From NCBI GenBank assembly GCA_031409655.1, contig JANNXQ010000169.1, positions 1 through 32,770 of the forward strand: a stretch of 32,770 nt of DNA, in the 5' to 3' direction. The DNA comes from Chthoniobacteraceae bacterium (lineage in GTDB: Bacteria > Verrucomicrobiota > Verrucomicrobiia > Chthoniobacterales > Chthoniobacteraceae). Below the pieces are notes generated by a model that was given only the letters and a program-made list of their open reading frames with translations, was not told where the DNA came from and ran no database searches. The position numbers and the translations under genes were made by a program. Position 1 is the first letter of the stretch. Each line of letters opens with the position of its first letter. Of the stretch, positions 19,278 to 28,286 are shown piece by piece.

Positions 19278-22200
19278 CTAGCGCCGGCCGGTTTTCGCGG
19301 CGTCGGCACTGCGGACGACGCGGAAGCCGTAGTTGTCGGTGCTGCTGTCGGGCGCGGCGTGAACGCGGCAGGAGGAGAGCAGGCTCAGCTTGAGCGCGCC
19401 ATTGTACCAGGAGGCTCCACGGAGGACCTTGTGCTTGGACTCCCCGTTCCAAGGATCCATGACCCACTGCCAGACATTGCCGCCCATGTCGTAGATGCCG
19501 TATTTATTGGGCGGAAAACTGCCGACGGGTGAGGTCCAGGCAAAGCCGTCATCGTAGCCTTTGATGGCCACGTCAGAGCCCGTCTCTTCGCCGGTGTAGT
19601 TGCCGGCACCGGCCGGTGGCGGCCACTGATTGCCCCAAGGATAAACATCCGGCACACCCATGTCGCGGGCTTCGGGATTCTTGCCCGATTCCTCGGCTAA
19701 ACCGACGGCGATGCTCCACTCGATGTCGGTCGGGAGACGGTAGATGGTGTTTGCGGGCAGAGCGCCGTCCTTGTGCTCTTTGTCGGAAAGCCATTTGCAG
19801 AATGCGATCGCCTCCTGCCAGGTCACATTGACCACGGGATGATTGGGCACTTGCTTGAAGCCTGGGCTTTTCCAGGCGGTGGAACGGAGATTGACGGCGG
19901 CGGTGAAGGCTTCGAAGTCCGAAACGCGGGTCTGCCAGATCGAAAACTGCACGTCGCCCACGGGCGCGAATTTCATGCCAATGCTGTTTTGGGTGAGGCC
20001 GTCGCCTTGCGCGGGCTTTTCCGGGGCGGGCTTCGTTTCGGGCTTCGTCGGATCGGTCTTCATCGCCAAGGTCGTCTCGGCGACCGGGACGGGCGTCGGC
20101 GCTGTCGCGGGAGTCGGCGGGGCGTCGGCAGGGACGAGTTTCTCGGTGGCCATTGGCTTTTCTGGAGCGGGGGCCTTTTCGGGAGTCGTCGCTTTTCCGC
20201 CAGAAGGAGCGGCAGGCTTGCTGAGGGCCTTGAGTGCGTCTTCCTCAGCCTTCTTTTGAATGGCACTGGTGTCCTTGGTTTTCGCCTCGGCATCGGAGAT
20301 CGCTTTTTGCGCGTCCTCGAGGACCCTCATTTTCTCGTCAAACATCTTCTTCATCGCGGCGATCTCGCTTTCGATCTTCTCGCGCTCTTTCGCCTTCTCG
20401 GCGCGGAGCTTCTCGCCTTCTTCCCGCGCCATCCGTCCAGCCTCGGCGGCGATTGCTTTCGCTGCCGCCAGCTTGGTCTGCTCGGCATCCTGCTCGGCTT
20501 GTTTGAAGGCGGCCTGGCTCTGCTGCCGGGCGGTGTCGCTGGCGGCGATGGCCTTCATCACCGCGGCAGCAGCTTGCTGCTTCTCGGTGAGCGTTTTCTG
20601 CAGGGTGAGAAGCTCGGTGTCGGCTTTTTCCTGAGCGGAAAGCTTCAGGTTTTTCTCGGCATCGAGGTCGGCGAGCGCTTTCCTCGCCTCCTCAGCCAGG
20701 CGGGCCTTTTCCGTGGCGACCTGTCGGGCCTTTTGCGCGTCGAGGTCCGCGCCTTTCTGCGCTTCTTCCTTCGTCTTGCGGGCCTTGGTGAGTTCGTCCG
20801 CGGCCTTGCGCAGCGGGGCTAATTCTTTGGCTTTCTGGTCGAGGGCTTTTTGAATCTCGGCGGTGGCGGCTTCAGCCTGCTGCTGTTGTTTCTGCAAATC
20901 CTGCTGCGCTTGCTCGGCAGCTTGCGCTGCTTGTTTCAGCTTCTCGACGGCAGCGAATTTTTCCGCGACCATTGCTTCGGTGGGGGCCCCGACCGGGGAG
21001 GCCACGCCGGGTGCTGGGGGCGGAGTCGTGGGCTTCTTGGCCGCGAGGAGAATTTCTTCTATCGGAGCGGTCTCGACTTTCGCGGCGGGAGTAATTGCCG
21101 CGACCGGCGGTGCGACGAGCGGAGCGGGTTCCAGTGGCGGAGGGGCAATTTTTGCGACGGGCGCGGGGGCCACGATTGGGGCAGGTTCGGCTTTCGGCGG
21201 CGGCTCTGGCTTTGCGGCAATCGCGGGCGCTGGCTCGACTGCAGGCCCAGCATTTCCTGGCTCAGCTCCGCGGGATGGATCCTCGCCCTTATTATTGACT
21301 GAGCGAATTTCGGAGGCATACGACTCTTGGGTCGTGGCGATTCCTGGACCTTGGTCGCCGGCCTCCGACTCTTCATTCGGCTCGCTCAAAAAGTAACCGG
21401 CGAGTCCCACGGCTGCGAGGGCCACGCCAGCCGCGAGTCCGAGTGCGGGCAAGCGCGAACGCTGCGGCTGCAAATTCGGATAAATCTCGGTGACGTTGCC
21501 GACTTTGGGCTTGGTGAAAGGCGGAGCTGGAGGGGGTGTTGCTTTCGATTCTTTGCGGGCTTGTTCGGCCTCGGCATTGACGGCTCCCGCGGGCAGCGTG
21601 ATGGCGGGACTGACGCTCGCGGCTTGGTTCCGCTTCAACTCGGCGGCCCGCTCGCGGAGGATATCCACGGCCTTTTTCGCCGGTGCTTCACTGCCCTCGG
21701 CAGCGTCCTTCTTGCCAGCCGCGGCGACGTGAGCAGCTTCGCCTTGAAGTTTCGGTGCTCCGACCTTTTGCGCTTCGAGATTCGCTGCTCCCAGTTCCGA
21801 GGCCTTCGCAGGCGCGGCGGCCGCTGTGACTTGGGTCGGAGTCTTGGCCAACTCCGCTCGCTTCGTCGCTTCCGGGGCTTTTTGCGCAGGCCTAGCGGCT
21901 TCGACAGAGGGAAGCGCGGTGACTGGCACTGGTTCGAGGCGCACGAGGATGTCAGAGGCGCTGATGGGGCGCTGGGAGGCATCTTTGCGGAGGGCTGCGG
22001 CGATCGTCTCGTCCCAGGAAGCCGGGATGCTGGAGACACGCCGGTTGGCCGCGAGTCGCGCGGAGACGCGTGGTGCAGCCACGCGGCGAGTTTGCGAGAC
22101 GACATCGCCGCCCGTGAAGGGCAACTCGCCGGTGAGCAATTCAAACAGCAAAATTCCCATGGAATACACGTCATCGGACGGCGCCGCTGGCTGGCCTTCG

Positions 22201-22799
22201 GCAAGTTGCGGGCTCTGGTAAGCCAGACGTGGGTTGGATCCCCGGGCGACGCGACCGAGACCGTCTTGCACGCTGCGGCTCGTGCCAAAGCCGGCGATCA
22301 AGAGCTTGCCGTCCTCCCCGAGGTACAGATTTGCCGGAGCGAGATCCCGGTGGGTCAGGTTCACCTTGTGCGCGTCCTCCAGCGTCTGGCAGAGCTGGCC
22401 GATCCAGGGCTGGATCGCGCCCGGCGCCAGATTTCCCTGCTTCTTCAAACGGATGGCCAGCGATTCGCCGTTGAATGAATCCATGGCCACCGCCGCAAAA
22501 TCAGCCTCTTCGATCAAATCATGCACCCGCAAAATATTCGGGTGAATCAACTGACGGTTCCGTTTCACTTCTTTGCGAATTTCTTCCATCGCCCGTGCAT
22601 CGGAACGAACCGCGCTGGGCAAAAAATGCAGCGAAATGTCTTTCCCCAAAACCTCGTCGTGGGCCAACCAGACGACTGGGCTGCCGATCGTTTCGACTGG
22701 GCGGTGGAGGACGTAGCAGCCGGCAAGTCTCAGGCCTTCAGAGAGAACGGACTCGGTGGTTGCGGAATTGTGGGCTGATTGGTTTTCGTTTGGAGTCAC
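19278..22799 (-). CDS. Membrane protein with degenerate Hanks-type kinase, TM, Pro/Ala-rich linker and coiled coil, and C-terminal FGE-sulfatase-like domain
   Basis: HPNILRVHD, HRDLAPAN, DVYSMG, LTGELPF; TM LGLAAGVALAAVGLAGYFL; HPVVNVTW, YRLPTDIEW, YPWG, DMGGNVWQW, GFRVV. Confidence 0.9.
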   Translation of the reverse strand: MTPNENQSAHNSATTESVLSEGLRLAGCYVLHRPVETIGSPVVWLAHDEVLGKDISLHFLPSAVRSDARAMEEIRKEVKRNRQLIHPNILRVHDLIEEADFAAVAMDSFNGESLAIRLKKQGNLAPGAIQPWIGQLCQTLEDAHKVNLTHRDLAPANLYLGEDGKLLIAGFGTSRSVQDGLGRVARGSNPRLAYQSPQLAEGQPAAPSDDVYSMGILLFELLTGELPFTGGDVVSQTRRVAAPRVSARLAANRRVSSIPASWDETIAAALRKDASQRPISASDILVRLEPVPVTALPSVEAARPAQKAPEATKRAELAKTPTQVTAAAAPAKASELGAANLEAQKVGAPKLQGEAAHVAAAGKKDAAEGSEAPAKKAVDILRERAAELKRNQAASVSPAITLPAGAVNAEAEQARKESKATPPPAPPFTKPKVGNVTEIYPNLQPQRSRLPALGLAAGVALAAVGLAGYFLSEPNEESEAGDQGPGIATTQESYASEIRSVNNKGEDPSRGAEPGNAGPAVEPAPAIAAKPEPPPKAEPAPIVAPAPVAKIAPPPLEPAPLVAPPVAAITPAAKVETAPIEEILLAAKKPTTPPPAPGVASPVGAPTEAMVAEKFAAVEKLKQAAQAAEQAQQDLQKQQQQAEAATAEIQKALDQKAKELAPLRKAADELTKARKTKEEAQKGADLDAQKARQVATEKARLAEEARKALADLDAEKNLKLSAQEKADTELLTLQKTLTEKQQAAAAVMKAIAASDTARQQSQAAFKQAEQDAEQTKLAAAKAIAAEAGRMAREEGEKLRAEKAKEREKIESEIAAMKKMFDEKMRVLEDAQKAISDAEAKTKDTSAIQKKAEEDALKALSKPAAPSGGKATTPEKAPAPEKPMATEKLVPADAPPTPATAPTPVPVAETTLAMKTDPTKPETKPAPEKPAQGDGLTQNSIGMKFAPVGDVQFSIWQTRVSDFEAFTAAVNLRSTAWKSPGFKQVPNHPVVNVTWQEAIAFCKWLSDKEHKDGALPANTIYRLPTDIEWSIAVGLAEESGKNPEARDMGVPDVYPWGNQWPPPAGAGNYTGEETGSDVAIKGYDDGFAWTSPVGSFPPNKYGIYDMGGNVWQWVMDPWNGESKHKVLRGASWYNGALKLSLLSSCRVHAAPDSSTDNYGFRVVRSADAAKTGRR

Positions 22800-23090
22800 A
22801 GCTTTGGAGGATTTTAGGTTGTCGTCAGTCGGACTGGTAGGGCACTAAGCATTGACGCGCGTTCCGTAGCAGTTCACAGACCAATTAGAATTTGGTAGCG
22901 GTTCCATCCTTCGTTGCCAACGCAAAATCGACGAGCGGACCAAAGGCGGACACGATCAGCGGCCGGATTTTTCAAAAATAGGCTTGCGCGAGAAAGAATA
23001 AAATAGATAGTGAATGTAATTTCCATATTTTCATTCCTGTCGTGCGTTCTCCGTAAAAAATTCAATTCACAAGAGCCAAACAATTCCGTA

Positions 23091-24374
23091 ATGAAACAAT
23101 ATATGAAGTCCTCCACGATCGTTTCCCTCGCTTCGATTCTCTGCTCAGGAATGGCATTCGCTGCCGATGCAGGACGCGAATCCAGGCAACTGGAACTCTA
23201 TCCGAAGAATCTGGCGCGGCAGCACGTCGGGGCAAACCTGTTCATCTTCAATTCCGGCAGCGGAACCTTCGTTCCGACCGAAGCGTCTGCGGCCTGGCTT
23301 GACGATGACGTGTCCACAGGGTGGCCGATCATGGCGGGAACTCAGCACTACCTGCTCGCCCTCAGCGAACCCGAGGTCGTGACCAATTTCAGTGTCTCCA
23401 CTCGCCCCACATCAGGGACCGTGACCATCTACGCCGGCGATGAACCCGCTCCGCCGACGGCTAAGTCTTGGACCGTGGTCGCTCGCGACATTCCTCTCGA
23501 GGCCATCAACGACAAGAAAATCGCCCGTCCCTTCAGCAAGCTGGCCAAGTATGTCTTGATCGAGACGAACATCGCGGACCCCGGGCCGATGTTCAGTCTT
23601 TATGTTTACGGTGGAAAACCCGCCGTGAGTTACGACCTGCGCCAGCGGTCACAGTCGATCGACACCCGCGCGATCTTCGGCCAGCACGTCAATAACCAGA
23701 CGATCTTCAATGTGAACGGTCTCTACTCGAAGGGGCGCGTGGAATATGCCAACTCCCCGGATACTTTCATGTCCTGGCAGCGGGCGATCGATGACAACCC
23801 TGAAACTGCTTTGAAGGTGTTGCCTTCGACCACCGAAGCCGGTGCGGTGGTCCGTCTCGATGGTAGCCCGACGCTCTCCCGGGTGGCGCTCCTGACCAAT
23901 CAAAACGCGAAGGGTAAGCTGGATGTTTACGCGCTCCCCGAAAGCGCCGTTGCGGCGACCGGAAAATCCGTCGCGGTGGATAACTTGACGCCCGTCGCCA
24001 GCTTCGTCTTCGACGGCTCCACGTCCCGCTCTAGTATGGATTTTCCGGCCGTGAGCACCGCTGCCTTGGCGGTCCGCTGGACGCCAGTGAGCCCGAGTGA
24101 CTCCGTCTCCCTGCGCGAGATCAATGCCTTTGGTACGATGACGCTCGCCGACAATGAAGTGAGTCTCAACCCTGCCGCCGTCGCTGCTTACTCAACTTCT
24201 GCCGAGCCGGACTCTTACCGGAACGAAGGAACTAACGGCAAAGAAGTGCTCGATCCGAAGGACGCCAAAGACGCTAAGGAAGTCGCCCTCGGCCCACCAT
24301 CCCCATATCTCCCGGGCGCTCTCGGTTTCCCGCCGAATCTTGATCGCCGCCGCATTCCGCCGCTCAGCGAGTAA
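23091..24374 (+). CDS. Secreted protein with two probable discoidin / galactose-binding-like domains
   Basis: Signal peptide (start ATG 23091 or 23103). Repeated motif AWLDDDVSTGW / AIDDNPETA in beta-rich sequence. Confidence 0.75.
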   Translation: MKQYMKSSTIVSLASILCSGMAFAADAGRESRQLELYPKNLARQHVGANLFIFNSGSGTFVPTEASAAWLDDDVSTGWPIMAGTQHYLLALSEPEVVTNFSVSTRPTSGTVTIYAGDEPAPPTAKSWTVVARDIPLEAINDKKIARPFSKLAKYVLIETNIADPGPMFSLYVYGGKPAVSYDLRQRSQSIDTRAIFGQHVNNQTIFNVNGLYSKGRVEYANSPDTFMSWQRAIDDNPETALKVLPSTTEAGAVVRLDGSPTLSRVALLTNQNAKGKLDVYALPESAVAATGKSVAVDNLTPVASFVFDGSTSRSSMDFPAVSTAALAVRWTPVSPSDSVSLREINAFGTMTLADNEVSLNPAAVAAYSTSAEPDSYRNEGTNGKEVLDPKDAKDAKEVALGPPSPYLPGALGFPPNLDRRRIPPLSE

Positions 24375-24395
24375 CAATTCTCTCAGGTTGGTTCC

Positions 24396-24435
24396 AAAAA
24401 GCGCGAGGAGCTGTCTCCTCGCGCTTTTTGTTTTT
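24396..24435 (+). terminator. Strong intrinsic terminator (A/T-flanked, possibly bidirectional)
   Basis: AAAAAGCGCGAGGAG-CTGT-CTCCTCGCGCTTTTT followed by GTTTTT. Confidence 0.9.
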
Positions 24436-24474
24436 CTCGCAGCCGCGACCATCTCCTCTCATCAATAGCGTCCC

Positions 24475-25392
24475 GTGCTCATCTGGAATGTTTTCAGTCA
24501 GGTCCTGCTGCCCGTCGTGGCGATGTTCGGCTTTGGCTGGGTGCTCGACCGGCGCTTCCATTTGGATTTGGGCACGCTCGTTAAGCTCAACATCTACCTT
24601 TTCGTTCCGGCGTTTATGTTCGTGCAGGTCGTCGGCTCGCATCTGGACAGCGGCCTTGCGCTCCGGGTTGTTGGCTTCACGGCGTGCGTGATCGCGAGCA
24701 TGTTTTTTCTCGGAGCGGTCATCGGGCGCATCGCGGGCTACGATCGACCGCAACTCCGGTCCCTGCAGATCGCGGCGATGTTTTATAACTCCGCTAACTA
24801 TGGCATCCCGCTGATGACGCTGGCGTTTCCAAAGGTCGGTCCCGTCTTCCAAGTCTTCATCGTGCTCGTCCAAAATGTGAGTTGCTTCACGGTCGGCCTG
24901 TTCCTGGCGAACTCGTCGAGTCGCACCGGCTGGCGGGCGCTGCTGCCGATCCTTCGTCAGGTGAGCATCTGGGCGATCCTTGCGGCCCTCCTGGTCCGCG
25001 CCTTCCACCTGCCAGTGCAGGATTGGCGCTGGCTCTGGGTGCCGCTCAACTACTTTTCCGACGGTCTCGTTGCTCTCGCGCTGGTGACCCTCGGGGTCCA
25101 GCTTTCGCAGACCGAGCATCGGCAATCCTTGAGCCGCATTTCCTGGGCGCTCGGACTCCGGTTGCTGGTTGCTCCGCTCCTCGCTTGCGCCCTCGTTCCG
25201 CTCTTTGGGTTCACGGGTGAAACGGCGCGCATCATGATCGTCAGCACCTCCTTTCCCACCGCCGTGAATACGGCCCTCCTCGCGCATGAATTTCGCGCCG
25301 ACTCGCACTTCGCGGCGGCGGCCGTTTTCTACAGCACGGTCGCCAGCATGTTCACCGTGACTCTGCTAGTCGTCCTCGTGAGGATCGTGTAA
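24475..25392 (+). CDS. AEC (auxin efflux carrier) family transporter
   Basis: About 10 TMs; YLFVPA, NSANYGIPL, LVTLGVQL, PTAVNT. Confidence 0.9.
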   Translation: MLIWNVFSQVLLPVVAMFGFGWVLDRRFHLDLGTLVKLNIYLFVPAFMFVQVVGSHLDSGLALRVVGFTACVIASMFFLGAVIGRIAGYDRPQLRSLQIAAMFYNSANYGIPLMTLAFPKVGPVFQVFIVLVQNVSCFTVGLFLANSSSRTGWRALLPILRQVSIWAILAALLVRAFHLPVQDWRWLWVPLNYFSDGLVALALVTLGVQLSQTEHRQSLSRISWALGLRLLVAPLLACALVPLFGFTGETARIMIVSTSFPTAVNTALLAHEFRADSHFAAAAVFYSTVASMFTVTLLVVLVRIV

Positions 25393-25402
25393 TATTCCCG
25401 CC

Positions 25403-26947
25403 ATGCCCCAGCCATTCCTTATCGCAAAAAACGACACCGAAGTCTTCTTCGAGCCTAAAATGGCCAATCGCCACGGCCTGATTGCAGGGGCCACTGGCAC
25501 CGGCAAGACCATCAGCCTCCAATCCCTCGCCGAGCATTTTTCATCCGCCGGCGTGCCGGTTTTCCTCTCCGACATCAAAGGCGACCTGAGTGGTCTCGCC
25601 GCGGCCGGCAGTGCCACGCCGAAAGTCTCCGAGCGCCTCAATCTGCTCGGTCTTACGGACCACCCCTTCAAAGGGTTCCCGGTGACTTTCTGGGACATCT
25701 TCGGAAAGTCGGGCCATCCCGTGCGCTCGACGATCAGCGAGATGGGCCCTCTGCTCCTTGCCCGCGTGCTCAATCTCAACGACACTCAGGAGGGGGTGTT
25801 GCAAATCCTTTTCAAGGTCGCGGATGAAGGTGGCCTGCTCCTCCTCGACCTCGAAGACTTGCGCGAGATGCTCACCTTCATCGGGCAGAATGCCGCCGAA
25901 CTCACGCTCCGCTATGGCAACGTCAGCGCCGCGAGTGTCGGGACGATCCAGCGCGCGTTGCTCAATCTCGAGCAACAAGGCGGCGACAAATTCTTCGGTG
26001 AACCCGCGCTCAATCTCGACGATTTCATCCAGACCGCGCCCGATGGCCGCGGCGTGATCAATATCCTCGCCGCCGATCAACTCATGGCGAGTCCGCGCAC
26101 CTATGCCACTGCGCTGCTCTGGATGCTCAGCGAGCTCTTCGAGCGTCTCCCGGAAGTGGGCGATCTCGATAAGCCAAAGCTCGTCTTTTTCTTCGATGAA
26201 GCGCACCTGCTCTTCACCGATCTGCCGAAGCAGCTCGAAGACAAAATCGAGCAGGTCGTCCGCCTCATCCGCTCAAAAGGTGTCGGCGTGTATTTCATCA
26301 CGCAGAACCCGCTCGACGTGCCGGAGAAAATCCTCGGCCAACTCGGCAACCGAGTGCAGCACGCCCTCCGCGCCTTTACCCCGCGCGACCAGAAAGCGGT
26401 GCAAAGTGCGGCCGAGACTTTCCGCCAAAATCCGAAGCTCGACGTCGCCTCCGTGATCACCCAACTCGCCGTCGGCGAAGCCCTCGTCTCGCTGCTCGAA
26501 CCCGGTGGCACGCCATCCATCGTGGAGCGCGCGTTCATGCTTCCGCCGCACAGCAAGATCGGGCCGATCAGCGACTCCGAGCGCCAGGCCATCATCCAGC
26601 AGAGCGTCATCTACGGGACGTATGAAAAGGTCGTCGATCGCGAGAGCGCTGCCGAAGTCCTGCAAGCCCGCGCCCAAGGGCGGGCCGCGTCTTCGCCGTC
26701 GGCACCCGCTGCGCCGGCCAGCGGCTCCGCCGCTCCGGCGGCCAGTGCGGGTGGGCCCTCGGTCGTCGGCGCTGCGGGAGGTTTCTTAAAAGATCTCATC
26801 ATGGGCAGCACCGGACCACGCGGGGGCAAGAATCAGGGCCTTGCCGATAAGATGATCTCCAGCACCGTCCGCACGATGGGCTCCACCGTCGGTCGCGAAA
26901 TCATCCGCGGCGTCCTCGGCTCCCTCTTCGGCGCGAAGCGCCGGTAG
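25403..26947 (+). CDS. DUF853/YjgR-family HerA-like P-loop ATPase
   Basis: ANRHGLIAGATGTGKT, DIKGDLSG, FFDEAHLLF, LIRSKGVGVYF, QLGNRVQHALRAFTP. Confidence 0.93.
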   Translation: MPQPFLIAKNDTEVFFEPKMANRHGLIAGATGTGKTISLQSLAEHFSSAGVPVFLSDIKGDLSGLAAAGSATPKVSERLNLLGLTDHPFKGFPVTFWDIFGKSGHPVRSTISEMGPLLLARVLNLNDTQEGVLQILFKVADEGGLLLLDLEDLREMLTFIGQNAAELTLRYGNVSAASVGTIQRALLNLEQQGGDKFFGEPALNLDDFIQTAPDGRGVINILAADQLMASPRTYATALLWMLSELFERLPEVGDLDKPKLVFFFDEAHLLFTDLPKQLEDKIEQVVRLIRSKGVGVYFITQNPLDVPEKILGQLGNRVQHALRAFTPRDQKAVQSAAETFRQNPKLDVASVITQLAVGEALVSLLEPGGTPSIVERAFMLPPHSKIGPISDSERQAIIQQSVIYGTYEKVVDRESAAEVLQARAQGRAASSPSAPAAPASGSAAPAASAGGPSVVGAAGGFLKDLIMGSTGPRGGKNQGLADKMISSTVRTMGSTVGREIIRGVLGSLFGAKRR

Positions 26948-26949
26948 CC

Positions 26950-27070
26950 TGGGAGCGCCGCCGTTTCGTGCAGCACCCGCCATCGCGCGGCGCGCCATTC
27001 TAAAACGAGCGGCAGTCGAAAGGGCGCTCGCGCACCGGAGACGTTGCCGCAGGAGACGGCGGCGCTCCCA
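26950..27070. repeat. REPIN-like inverted repeat (GGGAGCGCC type) between convergent genes
   Basis: TGGGAGCGCCGCCGTTTCGTGCAGCA (26950-26975) against 27045-27070, 23/26 complementary. Confidence 0.8.
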
Positions 27071-27079
27071 CGGGCGCAC

Positions 27080-28276
27080 TCAGAAGCGCACGCCGAAGCC
27101 AAGGCCGACCGCGTTCTCGCCTTGCACGCTGCTCCCGGCTTCGTGCGTGTGGCTGTATTGCGCTTTGAGCAAAATGTCCCGCGTGACCTTCACTCCGAGT
27201 GCCAACTCCGCGCGCCAGGTATCGCGATCCCACCCGACATTGCCGCCCGGTGCTTCGAGGTCGCTGAAAAATTGCTGCCCCCAACGCGCTCCGAGCCAGA
27301 GCAGGGGGTTCACTTTCCAGCGGCCCTCGACGTAATACGACAGCACGTCGAGATCGCCGGTCTGGGGCGTTGCAAAACGCGCGCCGATGACTTCTCCCCA
27401 CACTTGGAACTGCCGCCACGCCCAGCGCGCATCGACGCCGATCAAGGTCTCCGGGTAGTCGTCGCGCCCCGAGCCGAATGGCAATCCGGGCGCTGCTTCA
27501 TCCAGCAGATAGGAGCCGCGGCTCGCGGAAAGTCCCAGTGCCCACATCGCATTCGGGCGCCAGCCGAGGCGGCCCGTCACCGTCGGATGATCGAGGTACT
27601 CCTGCCACGGATTCCACGCGTCCGGACGCGCGGCGAGCGCCGCATTCTTGACCTCCAGCGCGTAGTCGAATTTTCCCAACGCCCCGAAGATCGCCGCACC
27701 CGTAGCGTAACTCGGTCCCCAGATCACCGGCAGCCATCCTGCCTTGTTGTCCGCCTGGTTGCGACGAGCCGCGACATTTGCGCGGCGCGCGTCCGTCCTT
27801 CGATCGTTGATCCCGAGCATCCGGTTGTAGGGCAGGGGGGCATCGAGAAAGGGATTGTCGAAAAACTCGTGACGCTCGACCCAATTGCCAAAGACCGTCG
27901 CAAACTTTCCTACCTGAATCTGCAGCCGCGGATCGCCGAGCGGGCGCCACCGGAGAAAAGCTTCATCCACCCGAAAGTCGCCGTCGTCGCGCGCCCCCGC
28001 ATCGAAGCCGCGATCCCAACGCGTCTCGACATGCGCAAACCATTGCTCGCCCGCCATGAGATCGAGCGAGAGCACGAGCCGCGGTTGGAAGTAGGTGGCT
28101 TCGTCAAAGATCACGAGACCCGGTGGCGGCGTCTCCATGTGCCAGACCTCGGCCTCGATCTGCGGCGCAAAGCTCGCTCGCCAGAAGCCATCGGCCGACG
28201 AAATTTCCCGGCCGCCAAACGCGGTCCCGCTGATTGCCGTGCAGACGGTGGCAGCGATGCGGAGAAGAGAGCGCAT
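27080..28276 (-). CDS. Putative outer-membrane beta-barrel (porin-like) protein
   Basis: Signal peptide, Trp/aromatic-rich amphipathic strands, C-terminal GLGFGVRF. Confidence 0.8.
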   Translation of the reverse strand: MRSLLRIAATVCTAISGTAFGGREISSADGFWRASFAPQIEAEVWHMETPPPGLVIFDEATYFQPRLVLSLDLMAGEQWFAHVETRWDRGFDAGARDDGDFRVDEAFLRWRPLGDPRLQIQVGKFATVFGNWVERHEFFDNPFLDAPLPYNRMLGINDRRTDARRANVAARRNQADNKAGWLPVIWGPSYATGAAIFGALGKFDYALEVKNAALAARPDAWNPWQEYLDHPTVTGRLGWRPNAMWALGLSASRGSYLLDEAAPGLPFGSGRDDYPETLIGVDARWAWRQFQVWGEVIGARFATPQTGDLDVLSYYVEGRWKVNPLLWLGARWGQQFFSDLEAPGGNVGWDRDTWRAELALGVKVTRDILLKAQYSHTHEAGSSVQGENAVGLGFGVRF

Positions 28277-28286
28277 GACGGCGTCT

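Noticed and set aside
19278..19500. FGE/C-type-lectin C-terminus as a diversity-generating retroelement target
   Set aside because: No reverse transcriptase and no adenine-variant template repeat were found in this window. A genome-wide search would be needed to exclude a remote one.
20200..21260. Repetitive Ala/Lys/Glu/Pro-coding DNA as a repeat array or separate tolA gene
   Set aside because: It is low-complexity coiled-coil and linker coding inside one continuous ORF.
22845..22910. ECF-sigma-like GGAAC...GTC motifs on the minus strand upstream of the pseudokinase
   Set aside because: The spacings do not fit the consensus well enough to call.
25403..26947. HerA-like ATPase as an anti-phage defence gene
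   Set aside because: It matches the widespread DUF853/YjgR type and has no nuclease or SIR2 partner nearby.
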